From positions 384,001-448,000 of the forward strand of contig CAVVXN010000001.1 in the NCBI GenBank assembly GCA_963752285.1: 64,000 nt of DNA, in the 5' to 3' direction. This DNA is from an uncultured Planctomycetota bacterium (GTDB lineage: Bacteria; Planctomycetota; PLA2; JAEUHO01). The notes beneath the pieces were generated by a model, which did no database searches, had not been told where the DNA came from, and saw only the letters and a list, made by a program, of their open reading frames with translations. The first letter of the stretch is position 1, and each line of letters starts with the position of its first letter. The position numbers were made by a program, and so were the translations under genes. Of the stretch, positions 37,173 to 47,247 are shown piece by piece.

Positions 37173-38456
37173 ATGGCCGATTCGAACCTGCCGCCCGAGG
37201 GCGAGGGGAGCGCCCCGATCGAGGCCCAGGCGATGCGACACCTCCTCGAGGTCTCGCGTCGCATCAACGCGGAGGTCGTGCCCGACGCCATCCTCGCGCT
37301 GATCGTGGACAGCCTCGTGTCGCTCACGCGCGCGGACCGGGGGTTCCTCATGACCCGGGAGCCGGACGGCGAGCTCCGGTTCGCGATCGCCCGCGACCGC
37401 AAGGGACGTCCGCTCGAGGAGACGAAGTTCCAGGTGAGCCGCGGCGTCGTGGACGAGGTCGCCGCGAGCGGGGTGACCCGCCTGATCGACGACGCCGCCA
37501 ACGCCGACCTCTGGCAGGCTCGGCAGAGCGTCATCAGCCTGAGCCTCCGCACGATCCTCTGCGTCCCGATGCGCACGCCCGACGGCGTGGTCGGCGTGAT
37601 CTACGTGGACAGCAACGCGATCACGCGTCGGTTCACGCCGGCCGACGTCCCCCTGGTCGAGGCGTTCGCGGCGCAGGCGGCCGCCGCGGTCGAGCGCGTG
37701 CGCCTGCAGCGCATCGCGTCGGAGCGCGACCGGATCCAGCGCCAGCTCGAGATCGCCTCCGACATCCAGCGCGCGTTCCTGCCCGTCGGGTTCCCGGCGG
37801 TCGAAGGCCTCGTCGGCGCCGTCGTCTCGGTGCCGGCGCTCGAGGTGGGGGGCGACTTCTACGACGTGGTGCGCCTGCCCGGCGGTCGCGCGGACGTGAT
37901 GGTCGGCGACGTGGCGGGGAAGGGCGTGCCCGGCGCGCTGTTCGGAGCGCGACTCCTGTCCGACTTCCGGTACGAGGCGCTCGTGCACGGCACGGCCGGC
38001 CACGCGCTGACCAGCGTGAACCGGATCGTCGCGGACCGCGCCACCCGCGGGATGTTCGTGACGTTCTTCCACGCGGTGATCGACCCGGCGACGGGCGCGG
38101 TCGAGTATGCGAACGCCGGGCACCTGCCGCCGATGGTGCGTCACGCGGACGGCGGGATCGACACGTGGGAGCGCCCGTCGGGGCCGCCGCTCGGCGTTCT
38201 GCCCGACTCGCAGTACGAGACGGGTCACGCACGGCTCGAGCGGGGCGACACGCTCCTGCTCCTGACGGATGGCGTGTACGACGCGGTCCAGGCCGGCGGC
38301 GAGCGATTCGGGGAGGCGCGCATCCTCGACATCGTCCGCGCGGCCGGCGGCACGCCCCAGGCGATCGTGGACGCGATCGTCGAGGAGACGTCCGCGTTCC
38401 GCGGCGCGGAGCCGCCCGCCGACGACCTCACGGTCCTGGCCGCCGCCCTCGCCTGA
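37173..38456 (+). CDS. GAF-domain PP2C/SpoIIE-family (RsbU-like) phosphatase
   Basis: GAF (LRTILCVPM, GVIYVD); VGGDFYD, VGDVAGKG, MFVT, NAGH, TDGV, DDLT. Confidence 0.93.
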   Translation: MADSNLPPEGEGSAPIEAQAMRHLLEVSRRINAEVVPDAILALIVDSLVSLTRADRGFLMTREPDGELRFAIARDRKGRPLEETKFQVSRGVVDEVAASGVTRLIDDAANADLWQARQSVISLSLRTILCVPMRTPDGVVGVIYVDSNAITRRFTPADVPLVEAFAAQAAAAVERVRLQRIASERDRIQRQLEIASDIQRAFLPVGFPAVEGLVGAVVSVPALEVGGDFYDVVRLPGGRADVMVGDVAGKGVPGALFGARLLSDFRYEALVHGTAGHALTSVNRIVADRATRGMFVTFFHAVIDPATGAVEYANAGHLPPMVRHADGGIDTWERPSGPPLGVLPDSQYETGHARLERGDTLLLLTDGVYDAVQAGGERFGEARILDIVRAAGGTPQAIVDAIVEETSAFRGAEPPADDLTVLAAALA

Positions 38457-38549
38457 CGGCCCTCGGCCCCGCACGCTCGCTCCGCGCGGCAAAGCCGCCG
38501 CTTCGCGTTCCGCGGCGGTATCCTCCGCCCCTCCCTACGGTCCGGAGCC

Positions 38550-41500
38550 GTGCGCATGCCCTTCCGCGAGGACCTGAAGCCCGAGCGCCTGCTCGCCCTC
38601 GAGGAGGAGGTCCTGGCGACGTGGCGGGCCGAGAAGACGTTCGAGGCGTCGCTCGCGCGCCGCGCCGGCGCTCCCCCGTGGATCTTCTACGAGGGCCCGC
38701 CCACCGCGAACGGCCGGCCCGGCGTGCACCACGTGCTCGCGCGCGCCGTCAAGGACCTCGCGTGCCGCCTCAAGACGATGCAGGGGTTCCTGGTAGACCG
38801 TCGCGCGGGCTGGGACACGCACGGGCTTCCGGTGGAGATCGAGGCCGAGCGCCGGCTCCACATCGAAGGGAAACGGCAGATCGAGGCGTTCGGCATCGCG
38901 AAGTTCAACGAGGAGTGCCGCGCCTCGGTGTTTCGCTACCTCGAGGACTGGAACGCCCTCACGCGGCGCATGGGCTATTGGGTGGACCTCGACCACCCGT
39001 ACATCACGTGCGAGCGCGACTACGTCGAGACGCTGTGGTGGATCCTCGCGACGCTCTTCGAGCGGGGTCTCCTGACGCGGGGGCACAAGGTGCTTCCGTA
39101 CTGTCCACGGTGCAGCACGCCGCTCTCGAGCCACGAGGTAGGGCTGGGGTTCCGCGACGTCCAGGACCCGTCCGTCACCGTCCGGTTCCGGCTCGTAGAC
39201 GACGACGCCTCGCTGCTCGTCTGGACGACGACGCCGTGGACGCTGCCCGCGAACCTCGCGGTCGCGGTCCACCCGCACCTCGACTACGTGAAGGTCGAGA
39301 TCGACGACGGACCGCGCGCGGGCGAGCGTCTGTGGCTCGCCGAGCCGCGCCTCTCGATCCTGAAGGAAGGGCACCACGTCCTCGAGAGCGTCGAGGGGAG
39401 CGCGCTCGCCGGGCGCCGCTACCGGCGCCTCTTCGACTGGTACCCGGTGGACGACCGACCGCCGGCGTTCACGGTCCTCGCCGCCGACTTCGTCAGCACC
39501 GACGAGGGCACCGGGTGCGTCCACATCGCGCCCGCGTACGGCCAGGAGGACTACGACCTCGGCCGCGCCGTGGGTCTGCCCGTCCTCCACCCCGTGGACG
39601 AGGCGGGCCGCTTCCGGCCGGGGTCGCCGGTCGAAGGCCGGTTCGTCAAGGACGCGGACAAGGAGATCCTCGGGATCCTGAAGGAGCGGGGCGCCCTCTA
39701 CGACCGCGCCACGATCGAGCACGCGTACCCGCATTGCTGGCGGTGCGGCACGCCGCTCCTCTACTACGCGCGCGAGAGCTGGTACCTCGAGACGACCAGG
39801 TTCAAGGACGCCATGCTCCGCAACAACGCGTCGGTCGCCTGGTACCCGGAGTCCGTGGGCACGGGCCGGTTCGGACAGTGGCTCGAGGGCAACGTCGACT
39901 GGGCCATCTCCCGCGACCGGTACTGGGGGACGCCACTCCCCGTGTGGCTCTGCGACCGCGCCGGCTGCGACGCCGTCGAGGCGATCGCGAGCTACGACGA
40001 CCTGGAGAGGAGGAGCGGCAAGCGGATCGACGACCCGCACCGCCCTTGGGTGGACGAGCACGTCTGGTCCTGCCCGAAGGGATGCGGCGGGACGATGCGT
40101 CGCACGCCGGAGGTGGCCGACGCCTGGTTCGACTCGGGCGCCATGCCCTTTGCGCAGTGGCACTACCCGTTCGAGAACCGGGAGCGCGTCGAGGCCGAGC
40201 ATCCCGCCGACTTCATCAGCGAGGCCGTGGACCAGACCCGGGGGTGGTTCTACACGCTCCTGGCGGTCAGCACGATGCTCACGGGCAAGCCCGCGTACCG
40301 GGCCTGCGCGTCGCTCGGGCACATCCTCGACGCGCAGGGCAAGAAGATGTCCAAGTCGCGCGGCAACGTCGTCGACCCGTTCGAGATGATCGACCGCTAC
40401 GGCGCGGACGTCGTCCGCTGGCACCTCCTCGTGCGGCCCCTGGGCCCGCCGCTCCGCTACGACGAGAAGGACCTCGTCGAGATCCGAAACCGCTTCTTCG
40501 GCACGCTCCTCAACGTCTACGCGTTCTTCGCCACGTACGCGAACGTGGACGGCTACGACGGGTCGGAGCCCGAGGTGCCGCTGGTCGAGCGGCCGGCGTT
40601 CGACCGCTGGCTCGTCTCGCGGCTCCACGGTCTCTTCGCGGGGGTCGCGGCGGACCTCGAGTCGTGGGACACCGCGCACGCGGGCCAGCGGATCGCCGAC
40701 TTCGTGGTGGAGGACCTGAGCAACTGGTACGTGCGCCGGAACCGGCGCCGCTTCTTCCGCGCCGAGCGCACACGGGACAAGCAGAGCGCGTACCAGACGC
40801 TCCACGCCGCCCTGCTCTCGGTCGCGGAGCTCGCCGCGCCGTTCATCCCCTTCGTGACCGACGCGCTGTACCGCTCGCTCGCCGACGGGCTGGAGGGCGC
40901 GGAGCCGAGCGTGCACCTCGCACGCTGGCCCACGGCCGACGCGGCGGTGGCCGACGAGCGCCTCGAGACGGGGATGGCGGCGCTCCGGCGCATCGTCTCG
41001 CTCGGGCACGCCGCGCGGGACGAGGCGGGGATCCGCGTGCGCCAGCCGCTGGCCCGCCTCGAGGTGTTCGGGGTGGACGGCGCCGCGCGCGCGTTCGTGG
41101 TCGAGAACGCCGAGATCGCGCTCGACGAGCTGAACGTGAAGGAGATGGAGATCCTGGAGCGACCCGCGGCGGGCGTGCGCCTGTGCGCCGCCCTCGACAA
41201 GCGCGAGGCCGCGCGCCGCCTGGGCGCCCTGACGCCCGTCGTCTCGGCTGCGCTCGAGGCGCTCGACACGGACGGCGTCGTGAAGCTCCTTCGCGCGAGC
41301 GCCACGGAGGTCGAGACCCCCCGCGGCCGGGTCGCCCTCGAACGGGCGGACGTGCGCGTCGTGGTCGAGGCCGGCGAGGGCCACCAGGGCGCGTTCGCCG
41401 GCGGCCTCCTCGTGACCCTCGACACCCGCGTGACCCCCGACCTCGAGCGCGAGGGTCTGGCGCGCGAGGTCTGCCGGCAGCTCCAGCGCCTGCGCAAGGA

Positions 41501-41702
41501 CCAGGGCCTCCGCGTGGAGGACCGCGTCCGCGCCCGTTGGCACGCCGACGGCCCCGCGGCGGAGGCCATCCAGTCGTTCTCCGCGTGGATCGCGGGCGAG
41601 GTCCTCGCCGTGGACTTTCGACGCGTGGACGACGCGTCGGGCCTCGAGCCGCTGCGCGTGCCCGGAGGACACGACGTCCGGGCGGCGGTCGAGCGGGCGT
41701 GA
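38550..41702 (+). CDS. ileS: Isoleucine--tRNA ligase, type 2 (IleRS2)
   Basis: YEGPPTANGRPGVHH, GWDTHGLPVE, WTTTPWTLP, GTGCVHIAP, DWAISRDRYWG, DQTRGWF, KMSKS; long C-terminus (EGLARE); start GTG 38550 or ATG 38556. Confidence 0.97.
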   Translation: MRMPFREDLKPERLLALEEEVLATWRAEKTFEASLARRAGAPPWIFYEGPPTANGRPGVHHVLARAVKDLACRLKTMQGFLVDRRAGWDTHGLPVEIEAERRLHIEGKRQIEAFGIAKFNEECRASVFRYLEDWNALTRRMGYWVDLDHPYITCERDYVETLWWILATLFERGLLTRGHKVLPYCPRCSTPLSSHEVGLGFRDVQDPSVTVRFRLVDDDASLLVWTTTPWTLPANLAVAVHPHLDYVKVEIDDGPRAGERLWLAEPRLSILKEGHHVLESVEGSALAGRRYRRLFDWYPVDDRPPAFTVLAADFVSTDEGTGCVHIAPAYGQEDYDLGRAVGLPVLHPVDEAGRFRPGSPVEGRFVKDADKEILGILKERGALYDRATIEHAYPHCWRCGTPLLYYARESWYLETTRFKDAMLRNNASVAWYPESVGTGRFGQWLEGNVDWAISRDRYWGTPLPVWLCDRAGCDAVEAIASYDDLERRSGKRIDDPHRPWVDEHVWSCPKGCGGTMRRTPEVADAWFDSGAMPFAQWHYPFENRERVEAEHPADFISEAVDQTRGWFYTLLAVSTMLTGKPAYRACASLGHILDAQGKKMSKSRGNVVDPFEMIDRYGADVVRWHLLVRPLGPPLRYDEKDLVEIRNRFFGTLLNVYAFFATYANVDGYDGSEPEVPLVERPAFDRWLVSRLHGLFAGVAADLESWDTAHAGQRIADFVVEDLSNWYVRRNRRRFFRAERTRDKQSAYQTLHAALLSVAELAAPFIPFVTDALYRSLADGLEGAEPSVHLARWPTADAAVADERLETGMAALRRIVSLGHAARDEAGIRVRQPLARLEVFGVDGAARAFVVENAEIALDELNVKEMEILERPAAGVRLCAALDKREAARRLGALTPVVSAALEALDTDGVVKLLRASATEVETPRGRVALERADVRVVVEAGEGHQGAFAGGLLVTLDTRVTPDLEREGLAREVCRQLQRLRKDQGLRVEDRVRARWHADGPAAEAIQSFSAWIAGEVLAVDFRRVDDASGLEPLRVPGGHDVRAAVERA

Positions 41703-42877
41703 GCCGCGCCGCGAACCGGGTCGCCGCCCGCGCGCTCTCTGCGCGCACGTACCTGCTCCGCTCGCCGAGGCGCACCGTGCCGGTCGCGCTCGTCCAGGCG
41801 CTCGTCACCGCGCTCCTCGTGACCGTGATCACGCCGACGAACATCTTCGAGCGGACGGCCGAGGCGTACTTGAGGCCGCTCGCGTACTTCACGATCGTGA
41901 CCCCGCAGGTCGAGAGCAGCTTCGGGGCCGAGCTGTCCCGGCTGCTCGACGAGAACCCGCACCAGGAGGCGCGGCGACCCGCGAAGATCCTCTGGATCGA
42001 GACGCCCGCTCTGATCGGGAAGCTCACGTCGCCGCTGCTCGCCCTGGGCCCGGACGACCAGTCGGACTTCCTCGGTCGCGTGGGCGACCGGCTCGTCCGG
42101 GGCACGCTCCCGGCGCCGGGGTCGGACGGCGCGGCGATCCACGAGGACCTGCTCCGCGCGCGGGGCCTCCACCTCGGAGACGCGTTCGGTCGCATCGTGG
42201 ACCCGCACGACACGACGCCGGGCAAGTTCGAGGTCGTGGGCGTGCTCGACGGGCCCGCGCGGCTCGGCGTGACCGACTTCGGGTACGCTTCGATCCCGAG
42301 CTTCGTGCTCGCGCGTCAGCCGTCGTTCGAGGTGATCTACGCGAAGCCCGGCGAGAAGGCGGCCAGCGACGCCTGGCTGCGCGGGCGCGAGGACGCGTCG
42401 GGGCGCGCGCGACTCCAGGTGCTGGACGAGGAGCGCTTCCGCGAGCGCGTCGACGAGGACCTCGCCAACCTCCCGATCTTCCTCGGCTTCATCACCGGAG
42501 CGGTGGCCGTCATCGTGGCGCTCGTGACCGCGCTCCTCTACGTGATCACCTTCCAGGCGAGGCAGGACGAGTTCGCGCTCTTCCTCGCCGTCGGCCACCC
42601 CCGGGGACGGCTCGTCGAGAAGCTCACGGTCGAGGCGACCGTGACCGCGCTCGTCGGCTGGGCAGCGGGTCTCGGTCTGGGCCTCCTCGTCCTCACGCTC
42701 TACGACGCGTGGTTCGTCGCGCCGCGCGCCATCGTGATGCAGGTCGTGGACCCGCGACCGCTCCTCTTCTCGCTCTCCGTGCCCGTGCTCTCCGCGACCG
42801 TGAGCGCGCTGGCGCTGGCCCGCCGGCTCCGGCGCATGGACCCGGTGGCCGTGATCCAGCGGCGGGGGGCGGGATGA
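41699..42877 (+). CDS. ABC transporter permease (FtsX/MacB-like)
   Basis: GTGA overlap with ileS; one N-terminal TM, periplasmic domain, three C-terminal TMs; RQDEFALFLAVG; RRMDPVAVI. Confidence 0.82.
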   Translation: MSRAANRVAARALSARTYLLRSPRRTVPVALVQALVTALLVTVITPTNIFERTAEAYLRPLAYFTIVTPQVESSFGAELSRLLDENPHQEARRPAKILWIETPALIGKLTSPLLALGPDDQSDFLGRVGDRLVRGTLPAPGSDGAAIHEDLLRARGLHLGDAFGRIVDPHDTTPGKFEVVGVLDGPARLGVTDFGYASIPSFVLARQPSFEVIYAKPGEKAASDAWLRGREDASGRARLQVLDEERFRERVDEDLANLPIFLGFITGAVAVIVALVTALLYVITFQARQDEFALFLAVGHPRGRLVEKLTVEATVTALVGWAAGLGLGLLVLTLYDAWFVAPRAIVMQVVDPRPLLFSLSVPVLSATVSALALARRLRRMDPVAVIQRRGAG

Positions 42878-43572
42878 CCGCGGCCGGCCCCGGCGACCCG
42901 CCGCTCCTCGACGCGCGTGGGCTCGCGCTCGAGTATCGCGACGGCGCGCGTCGGGTCCGCGCGGTGGACGGCGTGGACCTCGGCGTCGCCCGGGGCGAGT
43001 TCGTCGGGCTGGTGGGCCCGTCGGGATCGGGGAAGTCGAGCCTCTTGTTCCTCCTCGCGGGGCTTCGCTCCCCCGACGCGGGCGAGGTCCGACTGCTCGG
43101 TCACCTGCTCCCGCGCGAGCCCGACCGGAGCGCGGCCCTCCGTCGCCGGCACGTGGGGTTCCTGTTCCAGGAGCCGTTCCTGGTCCCGTACCTGACGGTG
43201 AGAGAAAACGCGCTCTCGCACGTGGAGCGCGAGGTCGAGGCGGAGGCCGCGGACCGCCTCGAACGGATCGCCGACGCGATCGGCATGACCCCGCTCCTCG
43301 ACGAGCGGCCGCACCGCCTGAGCGGGGGCGAGCGCCAGCGCGCGGGGATCCTCCGCGCGCTCGCGGCCGGCCCCGACCTCGTCCTCGCCGACGAGCCGAC
43401 CGCGAACCTCGACCAGGCGACCGGTCGGCGCGTCGTGGCCGTGCTCTCGGAGCACGTGGGCCGCGCGGGGCTCCTCGTCGTGACGCACGACCTCGCGATG
43501 CTCGACGGCGCGACGCGGGTGCTGAGCCTTTCGGACGGTCGCCTCTCGGACGGTCGGCTGTCGGGGTCGTAG
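42874..43572 (+). CDS. ABC transporter ATP-binding protein (LolD/MacB-like)
   Basis: GPSGSGKS, LSGGERQR, LADEPTANLD, VTHD. Confidence 0.93.
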   Translation: MTAAGPGDPPLLDARGLALEYRDGARRVRAVDGVDLGVARGEFVGLVGPSGSGKSSLLFLLAGLRSPDAGEVRLLGHLLPREPDRSAALRRRHVGFLFQEPFLVPYLTVRENALSHVEREVEAEAADRLERIADAIGMTPLLDERPHRLSGGERQRAGILRALAAGPDLVLADEPTANLDQATGRRVVAVLSEHVGRAGLLVVTHDLAMLDGATRVLSLSDGRLSDGRLSGS

Positions 43573-43582
43573 AATCCGCCGC

Positions 43583-45271
43583 ATGTCGGGTGCGCGGTCC
43601 TCGGCCGGCCGCGGGGGAGGTGTCCTGCACCTCCTCCTCCTCGCGGCGCTCCCCGGGCTCCTGCTCGGCGGCCTTCGGCCGGTCTCGGCCCTCGCGGAGG
43701 AACCGCCGCCGGGTACAGTCCCCGTCCCCGACGTGCGCCGGCTCCCGCCCGAGCAGGCCGCGCGTCGCCTCGTCGCCGCGGGCCTGAACCCCGGCCGCGT
43801 CTTCGAGGTCGCCGTCCCGGCAGGATGGCGGCTCGGCCTCGTGGTGCAGCAGGCGCCGGCGCCGGCCCAGGCCGACCGGCCCCGCTACCTCCCACGCGGC
43901 GATTCCGTCGCCCTCGCGGTCTCGGCGTCGAGGGACGGCCCGAAGGAGGGCGCGCCGGCGCCGGCCTCCTGGCCGCGCGTTCCCCACGCGCCGCCCGCGG
44001 CGCCCCCCACGGTCCCCGCGCCGGGCCCCGCGCCGGCGGGGAGCGCCGGCCCGCGGGCTCCGGCGGTCCGGCCCACGTCGTCCGCCTCCGAGCCCCCCCC
44101 CGCTCCGCGCCCGCGCGACGCGTTCGCGCTGCCGGTCGGGGTCCCGGGCGCCGCGGCGCCCCCACGGCCTGCGATCGGGCCCTCCGTCCTAGTAGGCCCG
44201 CCCGCCGTTCCGCCCCCTTCCCCCCCCGCCAACGGGCCCCTCGCCCCGCCGGCCGTCTCGCCGGCTGCTCCGCCCGCCGTCCCGGCCGCCGTCCCGGCCG
44301 CCGTGCCGCCCGCCGCACCGTCCGCGGAGGCACCGCGCGCGTCGCGTCCGCCCGGTCCTTCGGCCCAGGCCCCGCCGCCTCCCGTGGGCTCTCCCGACGC
44401 GCCGCCCCTCGCGCCGCCTCCCGATCCCGCGGCCACGCCGGCGCTCCTCGGCCTCTCGCTCGCGGACGCGGACGAACGCGCCCGCCTCCAGGGCCTCTCG
44501 CTCGACGTGGAGCGCGTGGCGGGGCTTCCCGTCGGGAGGGTCCTCTCCCAGGACCCGCCCCCGGGGTCCCCCGCGCCGGCCGGCGGGTGGATGAAGGTGG
44601 TCGTGGCCGCCGGGGGCGACCTCCCCGGCCCCGTGGCGCCGGCGCCGAGCGTCCGCGTCGCCGCCCTCCTCGTGCCGGACCTCCTCGACCGGACCGCGCC
44701 GCAGGCCCGGCGGATCCTGGAGGACCTGGGCTTCGTGCCGCGCGTGGAATCCGCGCTCCACGGCCCGGCGGGGCGGGTCGTGGACCAGCAGCCCGCTGCC
44801 GGGACGGCGCTCCCCAAGGGGGGCGAGGTCGTGGTCCGGGTCGCCCCGGGCTCCCTCCCCGAGGGGGCGCCCGCGTCCGCACCTCGGCCGGGGACGGCGC
44901 CCGTGCCGCCTGCCGGCGCCGGGCCGGCCGCGCCTCCCGCGGCTCGGACCGCCCCCGACGCGCCCGACGGCGCGCCCGCCCCGGCCCCGGTCCCCGTCTC
45001 CCCGGCCGCCGGCACCTCCGTCGGAGGCGGGACGAGCCTCTCCCTCGCCCTCATGTGGCGGGAGGTCGGCGGGGCGGACGCCTACGTCGTCGAGGTCGAG
45101 GAGTGCGGGCCGGACGGGTGGCTCCCGAGCGCCCGGCAGGTGGTCCGGCGGACCGCGGCGGTGGTGGAGGTCGAACGGGTCGCCGACCCGCCCGGGGCGC
45201 TCCGCTGGCGGGTGGGGGCCGTCCGGGACGGCCGACCCGGCCCCCGGTCGGGATGGGTCGAGCTCCGGTGA
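43583..45271 (+). CDS. Exported Pro-rich protein with three PASTA domains and a C-terminal FN3-like domain
   Basis: Signal peptide; VPDVRRL..EQAARRL...VVQQAP; PALLGLSLADA...VLSQDPPPG; VPDLLDRT...VVDQQPAAG; LMWREVGGADAYVVEV...WRVGA. Confidence 0.75.
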   Translation: MSGARSSAGRGGGVLHLLLLAALPGLLLGGLRPVSALAEEPPPGTVPVPDVRRLPPEQAARRLVAAGLNPGRVFEVAVPAGWRLGLVVQQAPAPAQADRPRYLPRGDSVALAVSASRDGPKEGAPAPASWPRVPHAPPAAPPTVPAPGPAPAGSAGPRAPAVRPTSSASEPPPAPRPRDAFALPVGVPGAAAPPRPAIGPSVLVGPPAVPPPSPPANGPLAPPAVSPAAPPAVPAAVPAAVPPAAPSAEAPRASRPPGPSAQAPPPPVGSPDAPPLAPPPDPAATPALLGLSLADADERARLQGLSLDVERVAGLPVGRVLSQDPPPGSPAPAGGWMKVVVAAGGDLPGPVAPAPSVRVAALLVPDLLDRTAPQARRILEDLGFVPRVESALHGPAGRVVDQQPAAGTALPKGGEVVVRVAPGSLPEGAPASAPRPGTAPVPPAGAGPAAPPAARTAPDAPDGAPAPAPVPVSPAAGTSVGGGTSLSLALMWREVGGADAYVVEVEECGPDGWLPSARQVVRRTAAVVEVERVADPPGALRWRVGAVRDGRPGPRSGWVELR

Positions 45272-45358
45272 CCGAGGCCCGCGCGGGCCGGTTTTCCGGC
45301 CCCGGCGCGGCTTCAGCGACCCTCCCCCAGACTCCGATAGGGATCCGGAGCCTGCCGG

Positions 45359-46090
45359 GTGACCGACGAGATCGAGATCTTCTTCGAACGCCTCCTCCCC
45401 GACGCGTTGGATCGATTCCTCCGGAGCGCGCTGGGGGAGGCGATCCCCCGGCTCGGCGAGGACGGCCGGTTCCGGGTGCTCGCCGCCGGTCGGTTCTCGG
45501 GTCGCATCATCAGCGACCTCCTCACGTACGCGCGCAACCAGGAGATCGACGCGGCGCTCGTGCTCGTCGAGAAGGACGTGCTCCGGACGCTCTACTTCGG
45601 GCACGGGATGGTGATCGGCGCGGACTCGAACGTGCTCTTCGAGCGACTCGGCCGCATCCTCGGCCAGGCCAAGGTGCTGCCCGACGACGACGCGACGCGT
45701 CTGATCGAGGTCGAGGAGGCCGACGGGGTGGCGGCGGCGGCGGCGCGCCTGTCGCCCGACGCGGCGCAGTGGGGGCTCGAACGGCGCATCTGGGAGATCT
45801 CGGCCGGCCTCTACTACATGCCCCACGCGCACTACCTGCTCGTGGACGGCGCGCCGAACCTCGGCGGGCTGCCGCAGTTGCACATCCCGCCCATGGACCT
45901 CGCGATGGAGGGCCTCCGTCGGTACGACGAGTGGCGCCACCGTACGACGCGCGCGCCGCGCACCCCGTCGTCGAAGTCGTCCGCGCCCGCGCCCGCGCCG
46001 CCGACGGCGTCCCCGCCCGTCGCCCAGCCGATCGAGCGCGACCCGCTCCTCCGGCAGATCAACGAGCTGATGCGCGAGGTGCTTCGGTAG
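45359..46090 (+). CDS. DUF4388/PATAN-like domain protein
   Basis: SDLLTY...LVLVEKDVLRTLYFGHGMVIGADSN...ERLGRIL; AMEGLRRYDEW. Confidence 0.7.
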   Translation: MTDEIEIFFERLLPDALDRFLRSALGEAIPRLGEDGRFRVLAAGRFSGRIISDLLTYARNQEIDAALVLVEKDVLRTLYFGHGMVIGADSNVLFERLGRILGQAKVLPDDDATRLIEVEEADGVAAAAARLSPDAAQWGLERRIWEISAGLYYMPHAHYLLVDGAPNLGGLPQLHIPPMDLAMEGLRRYDEWRHRTTRAPRTPSSKSSAPAPAPPTASPPVAQPIERDPLLRQINELMREVLR

Positions 46091-46237
46091 CAGCGCGGCA
46101 CGCCCGGCGCTCGAGGTACCCCTCCGCCCCGGCCCCCGGTTCGACTCCGTCGGGCAAAGAGACGAGGCCCTCCACGCCCAGCTCGGGGCCGGCGACGCGG
46201 CGCCGCCCTACGCGGACCCGCGCGCCCGGGCGGGTCG

Positions 46238-47176
46238 TCAAGGCAACGGGGGCCGTCGGAAGACCTGGTCCATGACGTCGTAGGTGATCGCCGTGTCGGT
46301 CTCGAGGAGGCGCTTCATGTCGCGCAGAACCGCGTTCGCCCCCTCGAGCCGCGCGGTCTCCGCCGGGTCGAGGCGCCCGCTCTCGAGCGCGCGGATCTGC
46401 TCCAGGTGGACCGCGAGGTCCTTCTGCACGATCGGGTGGAGGTAGATCGCCTTGATCCACTTCTGGAGGAGGGGGCGGCCGAGCCAGAGGTCGCCGCAGC
46501 GGTCCACGTACTCCGTCGCGGCGTCGGCGTTGTCGAGCTCGCGCGGATGGGTCCCGCGGTACGACGGGAGACCGCTCGGCGCCTCGATGTCGGCGAGGCG
46601 GCACGCGAGGTACACGTTCTCGAAGATGCCGCGGCGGAACGCGTCCACCGAGAGGTGGAACTCGGCCTTGTAGAACCAGGTCAGGCCGAGGTTGTAGATC
46701 GCGTCGGGGTCGTCGCCGGCGAGGGAGAACTCGGTGATGGCCCGGTCGAGCTCGCCCATCCGGAACCAGGTCTCGCCGAGGAGGAAGCGGACCTCGAGCG
46801 GGTCCGAGGGGGCGAGCTTCAAGACCTTGCGGAAGAGGTGGGCGGCCTCCTCGTACAGGCCCATCCAGAAGCGGCAGAGCGCGCGCCAGTGGACGAGCCG
46901 GAGGTAGTCGCGCCCGATCTCGTCCGCCCACCACCCGCGGTTCTTCGGTCGGTTCGCGAGCCGCGGCTCGAGGAACCGCTGGGCCCGGCGGAAGTAGCGG
47001 TCGGCCCGTTCGAGCTGGCCGAGGTGGTAGCAGGCCTTCGCGCGCCCGCTCCAGGCGATCGGGTTCTGGGGGTCCTCGCGGACCGCCCGCTCGTACCACT
47101 GGAGGGCCTCCTCCGGCTCGTCGCGCCGGAGGTGCTCCTCCCCGAGGTCGCAGTACCGTTGGCCTTCTTCCGACAT
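46238..47176 (-). CDS. Tetratricopeptide repeat protein
   Basis: Repeated TPR pattern (A...YERA...P.N..AW, A...F.KVL.LAP.D, LGE.....G..D.A). Confidence 0.85.
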   Translation of the reverse strand: MSEEGQRYCDLGEEHLRRDEPEEALQWYERAVREDPQNPIAWSGRAKACYHLGQLERADRYFRRAQRFLEPRLANRPKNRGWWADEIGRDYLRLVHWRALCRFWMGLYEEAAHLFRKVLKLAPSDPLEVRFLLGETWFRMGELDRAITEFSLAGDDPDAIYNLGLTWFYKAEFHLSVDAFRRGIFENVYLACRLADIEAPSGLPSYRGTHPRELDNADAATEYVDRCGDLWLGRPLLQKWIKAIYLHPIVQKDLAVHLEQIRALESGRLDPAETARLEGANAVLRDMKRLLETDTAITYDVMDQVFRRPPLP

Positions 47177-47247
47177 CCCCCCGATCCTACCAGCGGCCGT
47201 CCGCCCGGGGTCCCCGGAGGCCCCCCCCCGGCGGCCAGAGAGGCCCC

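Noticed and set aside
38457..38549. T-box riboswitch upstream of ileS
   Set aside because: The intergenic region is under 100 nt and lacks the T-box consensus and terminator
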